Shown one piece after another: positions 1 to 14,800 of a DNA stretch of 64,000 nt. The notes under the pieces were generated by a model, which made no database searches, had not been told where the DNA came from, and saw only the letters and a program-made list of their open reading frames with translations. The DNA is taken from assembly GCA_002104905.1 (NCBI GenBank), contig MCFE01000471.1:5562-69561 (forward strand). The letters are read 5' to 3'. The DNA is from Basidiobolus meristosporus CBS 931.73 (Eukaryota > Fungi > Basidiobolomycota). The position numbers were made by a program, and so were the translations under genes. How positions within the stretch are numbered: the first letter of the stretch is position 1; every line of letters begins with the position of its first letter.

Positions 1-1652
1 GTAGTACCTTCAATTTACACCCAGTTTATGTTTCTGCCATGTTCTTGAAGTGCTTAAATGTCTCTAAAGCTTCATCCTTTGTTTTGAGGAAGTACACCCA
101 TGTAAATCTTGTCTTGTCATTAATAAACGTCATCAAGTATCTCTTGGCTCCAAAGGACAGTGTTCTCATGGGGCCAAATATGTCTGAGTGTACAATAGCC
201 AATATTTTGGTGGTATTGATGCCTTCTGAGCTCTTGAAACGTCGCCTAGCTTGTTTGCCATATGAACATCCCTTAAAAACATTCAATTTGATTGGAATTG
301 AGTATTTTAGGCCCAAAACAAGCTGATTTTTCACCAATTGGCTCATTTTCTGTTCCCCAATGTGTCCTAGCCTCCTATGCCATGTCTCCCAGTTGGTTTC
401 ATCAGTTTCAGCAATGTTGACATACTCAGGTACAATGATCTTGCATTGTAACTTGTATATATTGTGATCTCCAATTCCTAAAGCTAATTTTTGTCCATTT
501 TCACTCAATATTGAGCAGCTCTGCTTAGTAAAAAAAAATTTCAGTCCCTGAGTAGTTGCTTTACTGACTGAGAGTAGGTTCTTAGATATTCCAGGTACAT
601 AGAGAATGTCAGTCAGTTTTGCTGTTGTTGCCCCTCAGTTATCACTTATATTTAGTTGTACAGACCCACTGGCGGTAGCTTCCAATGCAGAGTTATCTCC
701 CAGAAAGACCTTTCTTACGGGAATAGTTTTTAAGTTGCTGAACCAAACCTTTATACCACAAATATGCTGTGATGCTCCAGAGTCAATATACCATTCATTA
801 CTTCGGTTACTTGCACTCTCTTGTACAGTTACAAATAACTGTTCATCAGTAGTTATATGGTTTGCCTGCTCTAGTTTCTGTTTTTTGTCTGCTTGTTACT
901 TCTTGCATTCTCTTGCCCAGTGTCCTGGCTTCTTACAGTAGTTACAGCAGCCAGGTTTTCTTTGGTTTTGTTGCTTTCCCTTCTTTTCTGTGTGCCTTTC
1001 TGAACTGAATAAAGCATTAACTTCAATTTTTTCTGCTTGATCATTATGTCTGAGTTCTTCATGGAGAAGTCTTCCTTTGACATAGTCTAAAGTCAAGTTG
1101 TCTTCTCTGCTTTCAAAAGAAAGTATGAGTGGCTCATACTTGTCTGGTAGGCTGCAAAGCAGACATAGTATCTTTTCTTCATCATCTACACCAGCATTAA
1201 TACTGTAAAGTTCTTCTGCAAGTGTCTCCATTCTGGTAATGAGTTGTAGCATGTCATCATCTGGCTTCTTCCTCATGTTGAAGAACTTTTGTTTCAAATA
1301 AAGCTTGCTTGATACTGACTTTGCTCTAAAGATCTTCTCTAAGGATTCCCATGCTGCTTTGGCAGTATTTTAGGCATGGATTTGTCCAATGAAGGAGTCT
1401 TGCACATTGATGCATATGGCATTGAAGGCCTTTCTCTCCTTCTCTTGAGACTTCTCCACATCTTCTGCTGTTCCTTTGGGCTCAACTTCCTTTCCTGTTA
1501 CTATGTTCCAAAGCTTTCTTTCCTCAAGGTGGATCTGCATCTTGATTCTCCCAAGTCTGTAGTTCTTCCCATCAAACCTCTCTTTTACAGGAAAGATGTT
1601 GGTATTACTTTGTTTGCTGGTAGAAGTCATCTTTAGAATAGATCAAGGCAAT

Positions 1653-1666
1653 CAGGGCTCATAACC
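1653..1666 (-). promoter_or_regulatory. Primer-binding site GGTTATGAGCCCTG (complementary to the anticodon arm of initiator tRNA-Met)
   Basis: Directly adjacent to the LTR end; same type as Ty5 and Drosophila copia half-tRNA PBS. Confidence 0.8.
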
Positions 1667-2035
1667 TGTTGCAATTTAAGAAGTGATTTGGATATAAGGA
1701 ACTTATCAAGAAATAGTGATAATAGTTGAACTGTTGTTTATTCATAAAGAAGCTCAGTATTTATACCTTTGTAGAAGTAATACAGCTGTAACACTAAGTA
1801 GGGAGGGTTTCTCAATATTCACAAGCATTCTGTAACAGTTTCAGGGTTAGTACATAATGTTTGGTAATGGTGCTAATTTGATCCTGACTAGAGGGGAATA
1901 ATCATAAGATCATATATCTGGAGAAAGTGGCAAAGTTAAGGCAGTAAGTGAGTCCCAAAGTGACTAAGACTAGTCTAGAATTGTTAAGTAAATTTTTAGC
2001 TGCTGAATGATACCAAATAGTCCAATATTTCAACA
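1667..2035 (-). repeat. 5' LTR of copia family A (369 bp, TGTTG...CAACA)
   Basis: Inverted 5-bp termini TGTTG (1667) and CAACA (2031-2035); abuts the PBS. Confidence 0.75.
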
Positions 2036-5000
2036 TCCTGTTCATCCAGTCCTTGCATTTGTATTGTTGCACATATGTATGAATATTGATTGGGGCATGT
2101 GAAAGTATTTTGGATAGCAGATACCCTGTAGTACTTTGATATTTCTTTCAGATTTTGTGAGTATCACAAATGACTCATTCAGCTTGAAGTGCCCCTTATA
2201 CAGCTTAGTCATTAGTATAGGCATATTGTTCAAACGCAAATTCATTGGTCCTAGCAAAAAGCTTTTGCTCTAGCAGATTTGCTCTATCCTAAGTATCTCC
2301 AATATCTGATTAATTCCATATTCTAGCCAGTGATTAAGCCAATTTTGCTGCAATTTTATGCTGACTTCTGTGCATTTTCTCTGTGGGAAGATTATGTACT
2401 TAGTGTTAGTGTGTGGATAATAATGAAATGTAAGAGTTGTGGAGTAAATCCCCTGGATCTCACACATTTGACAGCAATACCATTCATTGTGTCCAGAAAA
2501 GGTGGCTATCTTGCTTTTGGCTGGGGTATATCCTATGCTGATAATGATATGCACTTTGATATGATGGTCATTCAGTAGCATCTTACTGGAAAGCATGTAA
2601 GGTTTGTGAAGCAATAGAGACAGGTTGCTGTCCATGTTGGATGATGATTTAGGCCTGGATACCAGTGATACTCCCATTGGAGTTCTGCTCTGATATTCTA
2701 GGATAGGTGGCAGATTCAGGTTAATGAGGATATGTGGCCAGCAGGATTTGCTGGTTGAGTACTTGTTTAATGAGAATCCATCAAATCCCAATGCAAAGAC
2801 CTGGTCATACATACCATCAAAGCAGCCCTTTCTTCTTGGTGGTTTATAGTGATTACCATTAAATAGATTGAAAGTGTTTCTGCTTGATTAATTCTGAGTG
2901 CAGTACTTATAGATTTAAAATATTTCTCAGACTGTATGAGCTTCTTTAGACATGGGATTATTGGTATATACTGAGAGTGCAACAAATGTTATCCTCCAAT
3001 GGTGGGGAATTCCTGATAATCTAGGCACCTTTCAATGGTGGCATTTTCTGATGTAAATGCCATGCAACTATTAACACATGCTAGTATCAGGACAGTCTTT
3101 GGGTCACATGTTGCCAACAGCATCATGGTTGTCCATTTGTACCATGTACATGGTAAGTTGCATCCCAGAATGATTTTGGCAAGATAGAGTAGTAAATCCC
3201 CAACACCTCCATTGCAGATATTTGTGGAAATGCACCACCTCACTGGCAACAACTTCACTTTATTCACCGGTAGATAGATTACTGGGCTCACCTGGCTCCA
3301 TGAAGTATTCTTATCTTTTTTTCTGCATGTGTTGTCTCATTCTGTATTGGTATTTTGCTGGGCTCATGCAGGGTACTATTGTAAGGGGAAATAGGCTTAC
3401 AATTTACCAGTGAGTCTTCATCCTTGGAGCTATCACTCTGCACACCATTTTCACAAGGCTGAGGTGAGCCCAAAAGCATCATCAACTCACCAGACTCAGC
3501 TTATGTAAGATGACAGGTATAGCTAGGTGCCATTATGGAAATATCAAGTGGCCAGCAAGGTATTGTTAGTGCAGTAGTGACTGATGAATGGTCAAGTTTA
3601 ACTTATGTTGCAGACACTTTCTGTGATCCTTGTAATCCTTCCAATGCTGTCAGCATGCCTCATGACTGAAAGGCTTATTACAACATGGTCTTTTTTCTTG
3701 TCTCTTGCAGCATTGAATCAGAGTGGCCTTCTTCATGGGGCAAACAGTTTGATACTAAGCAACATAATGTGAGTGTATCTCTTTTTTGTCAGTACTTGTG
3801 TGAATTTAAGACAGTCTTACATTTGACATATTGCACCTAGGCAAATGTAAGATTCAATGATGACCCACAACAGTAAGTATTACAAGTAAAGTTGAGGCAC
3901 CACATATGTATGTATATGAAACACTATTTTTCCTTTGATATAACTCACCTCTGCATACATGCTGCCAAAAGTAAGGCAAAGCTGTTTGGCTCCCAATCAA
4001 ACCGCATTGCTCACAGCAGTGTATGTATGGCTGGATAACAGCATGCTTTGACACGCAGTGCAACAAGCAGGGCCACATTTAAAATAGCCCATGTTGGTTG
4101 TGTGCCCACTGTAGGTAATAATGTGGACTCTTTGTGCTCTGAGGTATGTAGGCTAATGAGAACCTCTGTGGAGCCACAAGCTGACCATAATGTTCAGGCA
4201 GATGAGAATGTAGTAAACACAGTACATTTGGCTGAAGACCAGCAAATGACTCTCATCACATCACCACTACCTATATTAGCCAGTATTTTGTCCGCTCATA
4301 CCAATTCATCAATAAGGCAGTTAGGTACTGTGGGCAGCTAGATAGATGTATTGACCCAGAGAAATCAGGAAAGAGTTCAGAAACAGGATTAGCAAGTAAT
4401 ATGTGGAGAGCATTTGATATTTCAGGTGGAGAATGCAGTATCTTTGCTGCAAAGAAGGAACTCAAGTAACTCAATGTTGCAGCCAAGAGTTGAGCTTTTT
4501 CCCAATGTAATGGCAGAAGACCACTCTATGGTCCTTGAGGCACATTAACAGTGCTCAAAAATAATGCCCACAGAAAAGCCTATTGCTGCAAGGAAGGGAG
4601 AGACTGTGGTATATATACCCAAGCCTAAAAATTAAAAGACAATGCAAATCTGTAAAACTGGTGAGTGCAACAATGAAGAGTGGGCTAACATGTAAGAGGC
4701 AATGAGAAGTCTAGCATGGCATCACCTTATGGCCAGCATACCATGGAGCTATCTGGAACTCAAAGTCAAGCAGAATGCACTTGACATGTTCCAGAAGCAT
4801 TTTCCTAGCTTCAAGTGAGCAAATGGCTCCCAGGCCAGCATTGGAATGCTAAGAAAGTATTTCAAGGTTGGCAGAAACTACAAAAGGTAGAAGTATAAGG
4901 ATGCCATGGCTAAAAACCTGTGGCTTTTTTAAGAGCTTATGACAAGCAGAGCTGAAAGCTCTAAACAAGAGGCGAACAAATGTCAGGTAGCTAGAAGAGT

Positions 5001-5300
5001 GCCAGTAAGGGACAGGCATGCAGAAACAGATGCATTGGTGCAGCACATATCAAGGAGAAAACATAGCTTAATAAAAGAAGTACTTGGTCACAGTAGCAGT
5101 AAAGAACTTAACAGTTATAATGAACTACAGCTTTCTCAGGAGTTCATCACAAGCAGGGCTGGAAGTTCCAAACAAGCAGCAAAGAAATATCAGGTTGCCA
5201 ATAGGATGCTGGCAAGGGACAGGCAGACAGAAACAGATATACTTGAGTACCCTATGAGAAATTACTGTGGTAATTCCATCAGAAGGCAGTAACAAACTTA
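2036..5300 (-). pseudogene. Decayed CACTA/EnSpm-like DNA transposon copy (Transposase_21/tnp2-like), minus strand
   Basis: ORF 2270-2812 FALGFDGFSLNKYSTSKSCWPHILINLNLPP plus CxxC and PL(G)xM motifs; colinear with the plus-strand copies at 6-8.9 kb and 13-16 kb. Boundaries approximate. Confidence 0.7.
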
Positions 5301-8300
5301 AAGTCCTATGACTGAGAGGTACTAATCCTGTCAGGACACCATGCAGAGCCATTGAAAATAATTGCATTCTATTTTTACAAAAAACTTGATCAAAATTTTT
5401 CATCAAATTAATAAATTAGTAGCTTTTGATTGGGTCCCTGCCTACTTGCTCACTTTCTGATTGCAGACACTTGATCACTTCCTACATTTGTGTACATTGA
5501 TTGACTTTTGCCTCTTTTTTACACTGCTTACTCCCTGACTCAACTGTTTCTCTTACTTTTTGTGTGTGCAAATTGATTTATTTCTGTTGAAACTTCAAAT
5601 GTACCTCAATTGCCAATTACAATGGCCTATACAAGTCTCTATGCACTACACTAACACTAAGCTGTACCCCACACTCAACAAGCTACTCCAATTAAAATCC
5701 ACCACTCAATAAGTATTTCTGGTGTAACACTCCTTTTTCATGACCCTACCAGGAATCCAATGGCTTAATGCCACTGTTCATTCACTGGTCTCCACACATC
5801 CCGGCCTTCAGCTGGCACTGCAAGGTCTAGCATCTCATCTGCCAGTCTTTGCAATAAATCCTTGCAATATTCCAGTATGTTTTCTTGAGCACTGCTCTTG
5901 AAGAAGTGCTGTAAGCTCTTGGTGTGCCTACTAATGCTCCAGAATTCCACTGAAGGCAATGTGACAGTCTTTCAAGTTCTTGCTGTTGTAGCCTTCTCTG
6001 TCAGAGGGATCTCCACTCTGTCAACAATGGAGGACATGGAGGCTGTGATTGACAAATTGCCTTTCTCTGCAGACTCATCTACCTTGCTGGAGTGTAGCTC
6101 AACTGCCACATACCAATGCTGGCATAAAATCTGTTTGCCAGTTTGAATCCAGGATAATGCTCATGGAACAAGTCAAGTGCATTCTGCTTGGCCTTGAGTT
6201 CCTGATGGTCCTGTGGTATACCAGCCTTAAGGTGATGGCATACTAGACTTCTGATGGCATCTTGAATATTAGCCCGCTCTTTGTTATTGCACTCAATGGC
6301 TTCACAGATCTTCAATGTCTTTTGATTTTTAGGCTTTGGTATAAACACCGCATTGTCACCCTCCCACTCTATTATAGGCTTTTCTGTGAGCTTTATCTTT
6401 GGGCACTGTTGTTGTGCTGCAAAGACTGTATATTACAAGGATCACAGCCAGTGGCTTGTCACACAAGTCATATTCAACCATTCATTGGCCACTACTGTAC
6501 CAACATTATCTTGCTGGCTGGTTGATACTTCTATGTTGGCACCTGACCATTCTGGTCACCTTGCACAAACTGAGTCAGGTGAGTTTGTGATGCCTTTAGG
6601 CTCATCTCAGCCTTCTGAATATAGCACACAGAGTGATAGCTCTGACAAAGAAGGTTCACTGAAGGATCTTGAGCCTATCTTCTCTAACAACAAGCCATGT
6701 ATGATCCTGGTCTAATCCCTATATGCAATGAGACAACACCCATTGAAACAAATGCCAAGGACACTTTATGGAGCCAAGTGAGCCCAGTAATCCATCTACT
6801 GGTGAATGATGTGGTGTTGTGGCTAGAGAAGCAGTGTGTTTTCATTCATATGTGTAATGGGGCATTGAGGATTTACTACTACTTATTGCCAAGTTTATCC
6901 AGGGATATAACTTGCCATGTACATGGCATAAATGGACAAGTATCATAGAGCTGCCTACATATGACCTAGAGACTGTTGTGATATTAATATGTGCTAACAG
7001 TTGCATGGCACTCACATCCAAAAATGCTTCCACTGCAATGTGTCCAAATTGTCAGGAATCTACCTCCATTGAGGGAAAACATTATTCACACTCTGGATAT
7101 ATTCCAGTAAAACCCCATCTGAGGAAGCCAATGCAGTTCAACAAATATTGCAAAGCTATACAGTATTGCACTCAGTATAAATCAAGTGCAAACATATCCA
7201 ATATATTTGATGGCAAACATTACAAACAGCTAAGAAGCAAGGGCTACTTTGAAGGTGTGTGTGACCATGCCTTTAATTTAGCACTTGATGGATTCTCATT
7301 AAACTAGTATTCCACCAGCAGATCCTGCTGGCCACTGATTCTCAGCAATCCAAATCTGCTGCCCATGTTACAGTATCTGAGAAATGATCTGATGGTAGTC
7401 TCACTAGTATTTGGGCCAATATCACCATCCAATCTGGATTGCTATCTGTATCCATTGCTGGATGAGTTTTGTATGCTTCTCATTGGGATAACAGTAAATA
7501 GCCATCATGTAAAAGTGCATATTATTATCTGCAACAGAGATACCCCAGCCATCAGCAAAATAGCAGGTTTTTCTGGGTACTTTGAATGGTATTGCTGTCA
7601 AATGTGTGAGATCCAGGGAATATACTCTATAACCCACACACACTATTATTATCCAAGCACCAGGTTAAACAACAGCATATTTCCACAGAGAGAATGTACA
7701 GAAGTCAGCATGCAATTGCAGCAAAGTTGGCAAGCTATGAGCCATTGGCTGGAATATAGAATCTATTGGTAGTCAGAGATACCTAAAATAGAGGGTATCT
7801 GTTGGAGCAAAAGCCTTCCACTAGGAGCAATGTATTTGCTTTTCAACAATATCTCTATACTGATGACCAAGTTGTACTGGGGCATTTCTAGCTAAATGAG
7901 CCCTTCAAGATATTGGAGAAGTTTGAAGGAACTTGCAAGATATTAGAGTATTTGCTACCCCAAGTACTTCTCACAGGCTCCAATTAATATTCATACACAT
8001 GTGCAACAATATATATGCAATGACTGGATGAACTGAATATGTATTTATTCAAGTGGCATTCTGAAGCCATTTCTAACAAGAGAACATTGGAAGCACTTGG
8101 AGTGATATGTGGACAATGAGGGAGTATTTATCCAGAAGCAGATCACTGATGCCAACTTGACATACCTATAGCTCTTATGAAACAAGTTTGTAACAGGATT
8201 TGAGTGGCCAAACTACAAAAATAAAGCTGTACACATAGATCTCTGCTGCTACATTATCCATTCTCCACCTCATCTTGCTTGGTATGTGGAGAATATAGAC

Positions 8301-8860
8301 CTTATGTCACCTTTTGGGAGCTTCCTATGGAGCAGATGTGTGGGAAGATAGGAAGCAAGTCTAGTTGCAGGAACTACCAAAGCCCAATCTAATGAAGAAT
8401 TTTACCTTCCAGTCAATGATGGATGTGATGAGTTGATAAATGGAGGACAGCCTGGAAGAGTTGGAAAGTAATGAGGACAGATGTGCAATTGGAGACACCT
8501 ATGCCTTTGGAATTAAGAGGCTAAGCAGCCTCAAAGCATGAATAATTGGCCAAGTAATGCAAAGTTGGGTTGGATGCAACAATAAGCTAATTTGTATTAG
8601 AAAGCTCTACCACAGTATGCCAGGTTTCTCTTGATTTCAAGCCAACTTCTACACTATTCAATATGGAAGTCACACAAGCAAGAGCCAGAGGGCACCTATA
8701 ACAGGGACTAGAATCCAGCAGGGAGAAGGAATATATTGGTTAAATTCCAAATGGTTCTTTGCACATATTCCAGAGGTATTCATGGCAGAAGTGGCAAAAA
8801 CTAAGCATATATTTGCAGGATATCTAAGTTACCAGCAGTACAAGGTATATGGCAACTATG
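5301..8860 (+). pseudogene. Decayed CACTA/EnSpm-like transposon copy, plus strand
   Basis: ORFs 6912-7307 (FNLALDGFSLN) and 7365-7772 (SLVFGPISPSNLDCYLYPLLDEF...CCQMC); many premature stops. Confidence 0.72.
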
Positions 8861-8869
8861 CAAGTATCA

Positions 8870-9340
8870 CACTAAAAAGCTGCAAAGTAGAGGTGATAGA
8901 GGGGTGTTGATTGCAGCAGGTGCCTGCGTTTGTCAAGGTTGGTAAGCAGGAGGCCATAGCTTCTTTGATTCAAACTATATGTAGAATACCTAAGGTAGTA
9001 GTGGGTAAGAAAACAGGGAGGGGTGTTGCTACAGTGGAATATGTGAGTTGCACAAGGGGAGGTAGAAAAAGGAAACATATTTGGTAAATTGGTATGATAG
9101 CATTGTACAGAACTAGCAGTGGGCTGTAATACTGCTATGATAATGCCATCAGAGACTTGCAATGAGGCCCTCAAAGCACCTTCAAGTTTCTTGCCATATA
9201 AGGCAATTGGATGTACTGGCTGATTAGATCCATTTTAAATAGTGCAGAGCACATTAAGATTGCAACAATGCCATGCAATAATTGCTACAGCACCAATTGA
9301 ACCCTGTCAAGTTTTAACTTTACTTGGCAATAAAATTAGC
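8870..9340 (-). pseudogene. Possible Ty3/gypsy RNase H fragment, heavily decayed
   Basis: Minus-strand peptides SIGAVA... and HPIALYGKKL resemble the gypsy RNase H motifs IGAVL and PIAYxSRKL. Weak. Confidence 0.3.
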
Positions 9341-9559
9341 TAAATGCTGTTGTGATCCCATCATAAGATTTTTAAGTGGGTCACTAGTTCCAGGCTGCTG
9401 GTATTATGGCAGTCTCCAAATGGCATCCTGACAGCTGATCTGGATTGGATTCACCTGTAAGACCAAATATTTTTTATGGGGTGTAGCATTCAGCAAGGCA
9501 AAAATGGAGTACAGATAAGAAGCACTTAGTCACAATAGCAGCAAAAGACTAGGCAGTCA

Positions 9560-10320
9560 TTAAGGTAAAGGTAAGGTAAAAAGGTCTACCTAGGCCAGAG
9601 ATTGGGAAGTATCAGAAAAAAACTGCAGCTCTCATCAATCAATGCTGCCAGCCCAGAACAGGCTGAATCTCATCACTGCCAAGAAGAATTCTCAGCAAAA
9701 AAACAGCAGTTTTCACAAGAGTTGGAAGTGCAGTCAGTTAAGCTACACTCCAGTGAGGTAGATGAGTCTACAGAGAAAAGCAACTTGCTGACCACTGCCT
9801 TCTTGTTCTCCATTGTAGACAGAGTGTAGATTCTATCAACAGTCACATCAACAATATCAAGAACTCAGAAGACTATCACAATGCCTATAATGGAATCTAA
9901 AACTTTAATAGGCTCACCAAGAAGTTGTAGGACTTCTTCAAGAGAAATGCTCAACAAAACACACTTGAATATGGCAAGGATTTATTGCAAGACCAGCAGA
10001 TGATGTGTTAGTCCTTGCAGTGCTGGCTGAAGATCTGGATGTATGGGACCAAGTGGACAGACAGTTGCATAAAGCCACTGGGTTCCTGCCAGAGTCATGG
10101 AATACAAGGTTTACTTCAGAAATACTTATTGAATAGTAGATTCTTACTGAATTACTTGTTGAGTATGGGGTTAGGCTTAATACTGGTGCTGGATGTAGGG
10201 ACTTGCATAGGTAAATACAATTGGTAATTGAAGTACAACTGAAGCTTCAATGTAAATAAATCAATTCATATGCATGAAAAGTAAGAGAATTGGCTGAGTC
10301 AGGAAGTAAGGAGGGCAAAA
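9560..10320 (-). mobile_element. 5' fragment of the CACTA-like element, inverted
   Basis: Reverse complement matches 5.5-6.1 kb and 12.0-12.8 kb. Confidence 0.55.
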
Positions 10321-10322
10321 AA

Positions 10323-11800
10323 TGCTGTTAGAGTCTTGGAGATATTTGATGTGATTTATGATGACAAGTAGATCATGTGGTTTTCACTTAATGATTCATT
10401 TTATGTGTAAGTAGTATTTATATTTTAGCATGGTCTTAGCATAACAAACATGTCAAGTAGGCTTAGGAAGGTCCTAAGAGCATGTGTGCAAAGGTTGGGG
10501 CTATTTGGACAACTTTGAGAATTTTCATGTTCTGCGTACCTGGTATTTTGGTGAAATATTCCAACCAAGTCCTGACATGGAATTTTGACAGTATCCTCAA
10601 GGATTTGAGGTTAATGATCTAAGTAGCTAAGTTAGGTCAATATTTAGGTGGAATTACTAACTTTTACAACACTCCCACTCAGCTAAATGTGCATACTGAC
10701 TAGTCCTGATTTTGACCTGAGGTGTTCAAACTTGTCTCTAGTTAATGGTTTGGTAATATGTCTGCAATCATTTCATCTGAAGGACAGTATGCAAAGCTAA
10801 TTATACTATTCTCTATAGCTTCACACATGAAAGGATATCTAATATCTGTGTGCTCAGTTATAGCATGAAACGTTGGACTTCTACCTAATTGTATACATCC
10901 TTGATTATCTTGCAATAAAGTAATAGGCATTTTTTGACATAGGCCTAAATCTGTAAAAAGCTTTCTTAATCACATTGCTTCTTTTGTAGCTTCACAGGCA
11001 GCCATATACTTTGCCTCTGTGGTGGAATGTGCTACAGTTGGTTGCTTTCTAGAAGTCTGTGAAATTACTCCTTGACAGTAAGGAAAGGTGTATCCTGTGG
11101 TGAACCTTCTGTATTCTAAGTTTTTTCCCCAATCTGCATCAGAATATCCTGTAAGATTTTGCTCTAATACCTTACTAGTATATCTTAAGCAGATATCAGC
11201 AGTTCCTTTCAGGTACCTAAAATTTGCTTAACTGCCATATTATGATCAAGTCCATAGTTCTGATTATGTTAGCTGACAACTCTCACTGAATATGAGATAT
11301 GTGGACATGTTCTAAGCATGATATACATCAGACTGCCAATCATTGATTGCTAAAGAAACTCAGGGCTTTAGATGGCACCAAGCTCTCTTAGTTTAGTTGA
11401 GTTTTGACCAAGTTAAGGTTTGTCTCTGTTAAGGTAGTTGCCAGTTTACAGTCTTCTATTTGGTACTTCTTTAGCATATCTGGAATATACTTGGATTGGC
11501 TTAAGGTGATAGTCTGGGTACTTCTGTCTATGGAGAACTTCATCCCTAGGTAGTAACTGAGTTCTCCATAATTGGACATCTTGAACTCTTTTGAGAGGCT
11601 GAATTTAGACTCTTCCATTGTTTCTATGTTATTGGTGTCTATAATACAATCATTCACATATAGAGCTAATAGAATTGGATTTGACCTAACTGGCTTATAG
11701 TATATACAATAGTCAGCATTGCTCCTTTTGAAACCCAGAGATTCCAAATAAAAATCTATCTTGCAATTCCAGGCTCTTGGTGATTGTTTGAGACCCCCTA
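10323..11800 (-). mobile_element. Old copia family B 3' part: RT end, RNase H, PPT and 3' LTR (10323-10671)
   Basis: ORFs 11388-11747 (LLALYVND = YVDD motif) and 10742-10930 (DNQGCIQL...HTDIRY). PPT GAGTGGGAG (revcomp of 10672-10680) abuts an LTR homologous to 24146-24477. Confidence 0.88.
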
Positions 11801-11899
11801 TGAAAAATTATTGTAATGATCCCATCAAAAGGCCATCACAAAGTCAAAGTCCCATGACTAAGAGGTGCTGATTCCATCAGGATTCCATCCATAGATTGT

Positions 11900-14800
11900 T
11901 AAAATAATTGCACCTCAGATTTCACAAAAACATAGTCAAAATTTTTCATCACAACAATACATTAGTGGCTTTTGATTGGCTCCTTGCCAATTGCTCACTT
12001 TCTGATCCCAGACACTCTTTCACCTTCTATGTTTGTGTGCATTGATTGGCTATTGCCTCTTTTTGGCACTCCTTACTTCCTGACTCAACTATTTTTCTTA
12101 CTTTTCATACATATAAATTGATTTATTTCCATACAAACTTCAGTTGTACCACAATTGCCAATTATATTGATCTATGCAAGTCCCTATACCCTCCACTAAC
12201 ACTAATTGCAACCCCACACTCAACAAGTAACTCCATTAAAATCCACCACTTAATTAGTATTTCTGCTGTAACTCTCTGGTTCCACAACTTTGGCAGGAAC
12301 CCAGCAACTTTAAGCCAATATTCACTCACTGGTTCCCACATGTCCTGGTCTGAGGCAGGCACTGAAAGGGCTTGCACCTCATCTGCCAGTCTTTGCAATA
12401 AATCCTTGCAATATTCCAGTGTGTTTTCTTGAGCACTGCTCTTGAAGAAGTGCTGCAACCTCTTGGTGTGCCTATTAATGTTCCAAAAGTGCACTGAACG
12501 TATTGCAATAGTCTTTGAGCTCATGACATTGTAGCCTTGTCTGTCAGTAGGATCTCCACACTGTTGACAATGGAGGATCTGGAGGCTGTGATAGACAAGT
12601 TGCCTTTTTTTGCAAACTCATCTCCCTTGCTGGAGTGTAGCTTAGCTGCCTGCAATTCCAACTCTTGTCAAAGCAGCTTTTTCTTGTTGGTAATTCTTAT
12701 TGGTTATGATGGGATTCAGTATGTTCTGGACTTGCAGCATTAATTGGCAAAAACTGCATTTTTTGCATGCCTCCCTGTCTCGGCCTTGGTAGATACTTTT
12801 CATTTACCTTTTTCTTTATCACTCTCAGGTCTTTCACTTCTACTTTGTCTAAGTGCTTCTTGTAAAGAACTATGATTTCTCCTTGATGAATTCTGCTCTG
12901 ATGCATCTGTTTTGGCCTGCTTGTCTCTTGCTGGCACACTTCTGGCAACCTAGCATTTCTTTCCCACTTGTTTTGAGCTCATAACCATAGTTGTGACAGG
13001 CCCTGTAAAAGCTACTGGTTTATATCACTGCAAGATCCTTCACTGCTACTTGAACTGGGTGCTTCTTGAGTGATACTACACTTTTACCTTGATAAATGTT
13101 TTGCTGGTGCATCTGTGTCTGCCTACTTGTTCCTTATTGGCACTCTTGCAGCAACCTGACATCTCTTTGATGCTTGTCTGGAGCTTTTGGCCTTGCTTGT
13201 AATGGGCTCTTGAGAAAGCTGCTGGTTTTTGGGCATGCACTCTTGTTCTTCTGCCTTTGATAGTTTCTGCTATTCTAGAGATACTTTCTTAGCATACCAA
13301 TGCTGGCCCAAAATCCATTTGCCCATTTGAATCCAGGATAATGCTCATATTACAAGTCAAGTGCATTCTGCTTGGCCTTGTGTTCCTGATGGTCCCATGG
13401 TATGCTGGCCTTAAGGTGGTGATGTGCTGGACTACTGACAGCCCCTTGAATATTATCCCACTCTTCATTATTGCACTCAACAGCTTCACAGATCTTCATT
13501 GTCTTTTGATTTTTAGGCTTTGATATAAACACCACAATGTCTCCCTCCCACACTGTGATAGGTTTTTCTGTGGGCTTTATCTTTGGGTACTGTTGTTGTG
13601 CTTCAAAGACTGTATGGTGTTCCTCTGCTCCTATGTTGGGAAATGGCTCAATTCTTGGCTGCAACATTGAGCTACTTGAGTTCCTTCTTTGCAGCAAAGA
13701 TACGCCTTTCTCTACCTGGGGTATTGATTGTCCAACTGTGCTTCTGTTGCTGTCAGCAGTGCGGTTTGGTTGGGAACCAGACAACTTTGCTTTATTTTTT
13801 GACAGCATATGTATGGAAGTGAGTCAAACCAAAGGAGAAGAAGTTTTACATATATGTGTGTATGTGGTGCCTCAACTTTATTTATTATGCTTACTATGGG
13901 AAGTCATCACTGAATCTTACATTTGTGTAGGTGCAATGTTGCAAATACAAGACTGTCTTAAATTCATATGAGTATTGACAAAAAGTGATACAATAGCATT
14001 ACATTGTTGAAGGTCAAACTATTTGCCCCATGAACAAGACTACCTTGATTCAATGTCATCAGAGAAGGGAAAAAAGACCATGTGGCTATTGTAGCAAGCC
14101 TCTCTGCCATGAAGCATGCAGACAGCATAGGAAGTATTACAAGGATCACAGGGAGTGTTTTGCCACACAAGTCATATTTGACCATTCATTGGTCACTACT
14201 TTACCAACATTATCTTGCTTACCAGTTGATACTTCTATATTGGCACCTGGCTGTCTTTGTCACCTTGCGCAAACTGAGTCAGGTGAGTTTGTGATGCCTT
14301 TAGGCTCACCTCAGCCTTCTGAATATGGCATGCAGAGCAATAGCTCTGACAAAGAAGGTTCACTGATGAATTTTGAGCCTATCTCCCCCAACAACAGTAC
14401 AATGTATGAGCCTGGTCAGATCCCAATATGCAATAAGACAACACCAGTTGAAACAAATGCCAAGAATACTTTATTGAGCCAAGTGATCTCAGTAATCCAT
14501 CTACTGGTGAACGATGTAATGTTGTGGCTAGTGAAGTGGCATGTTTCCACTAATATCAGTAATGGGGGCTTTGGGGATTTATTACCACTTCTGGCCAAAG
14601 TCATTCCAGGATGCAACTTACCATGTACATGGTACAAGTGGACAACTGTCATGTGGCTAGCAACATACGATCCAGAGACTGTCCTGATTCTGCATGGGTT
14701 AACAGTGCATGGCATTCACAACCAAAAATGCTACCATTGCAACATGTCCAAATTGTCATGAATCCACCACCATTGAGGGAAAACATTGTTCACACTCCAG

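Larger units (their letters stand above)
1..2035 (-). mobile_element. Ty1/copia LTR retrotransposon family A, degraded 5' part (LTR, PBS, gag, protease, GAG-pre-integrase, integrase start)
   Basis: Minus ORF fragments: 1370-1630 (FDGKNY...KMQIHLEERKLW gag N-term), 896-1297 (zinc knuckle CNYCKKPGHWAREC), 26-508 (WHRRLGH, integrase HSDIFGP...FINDKTRFTW). Broken by stops and frameshifts; runs off the window start. Confidence 0.92.
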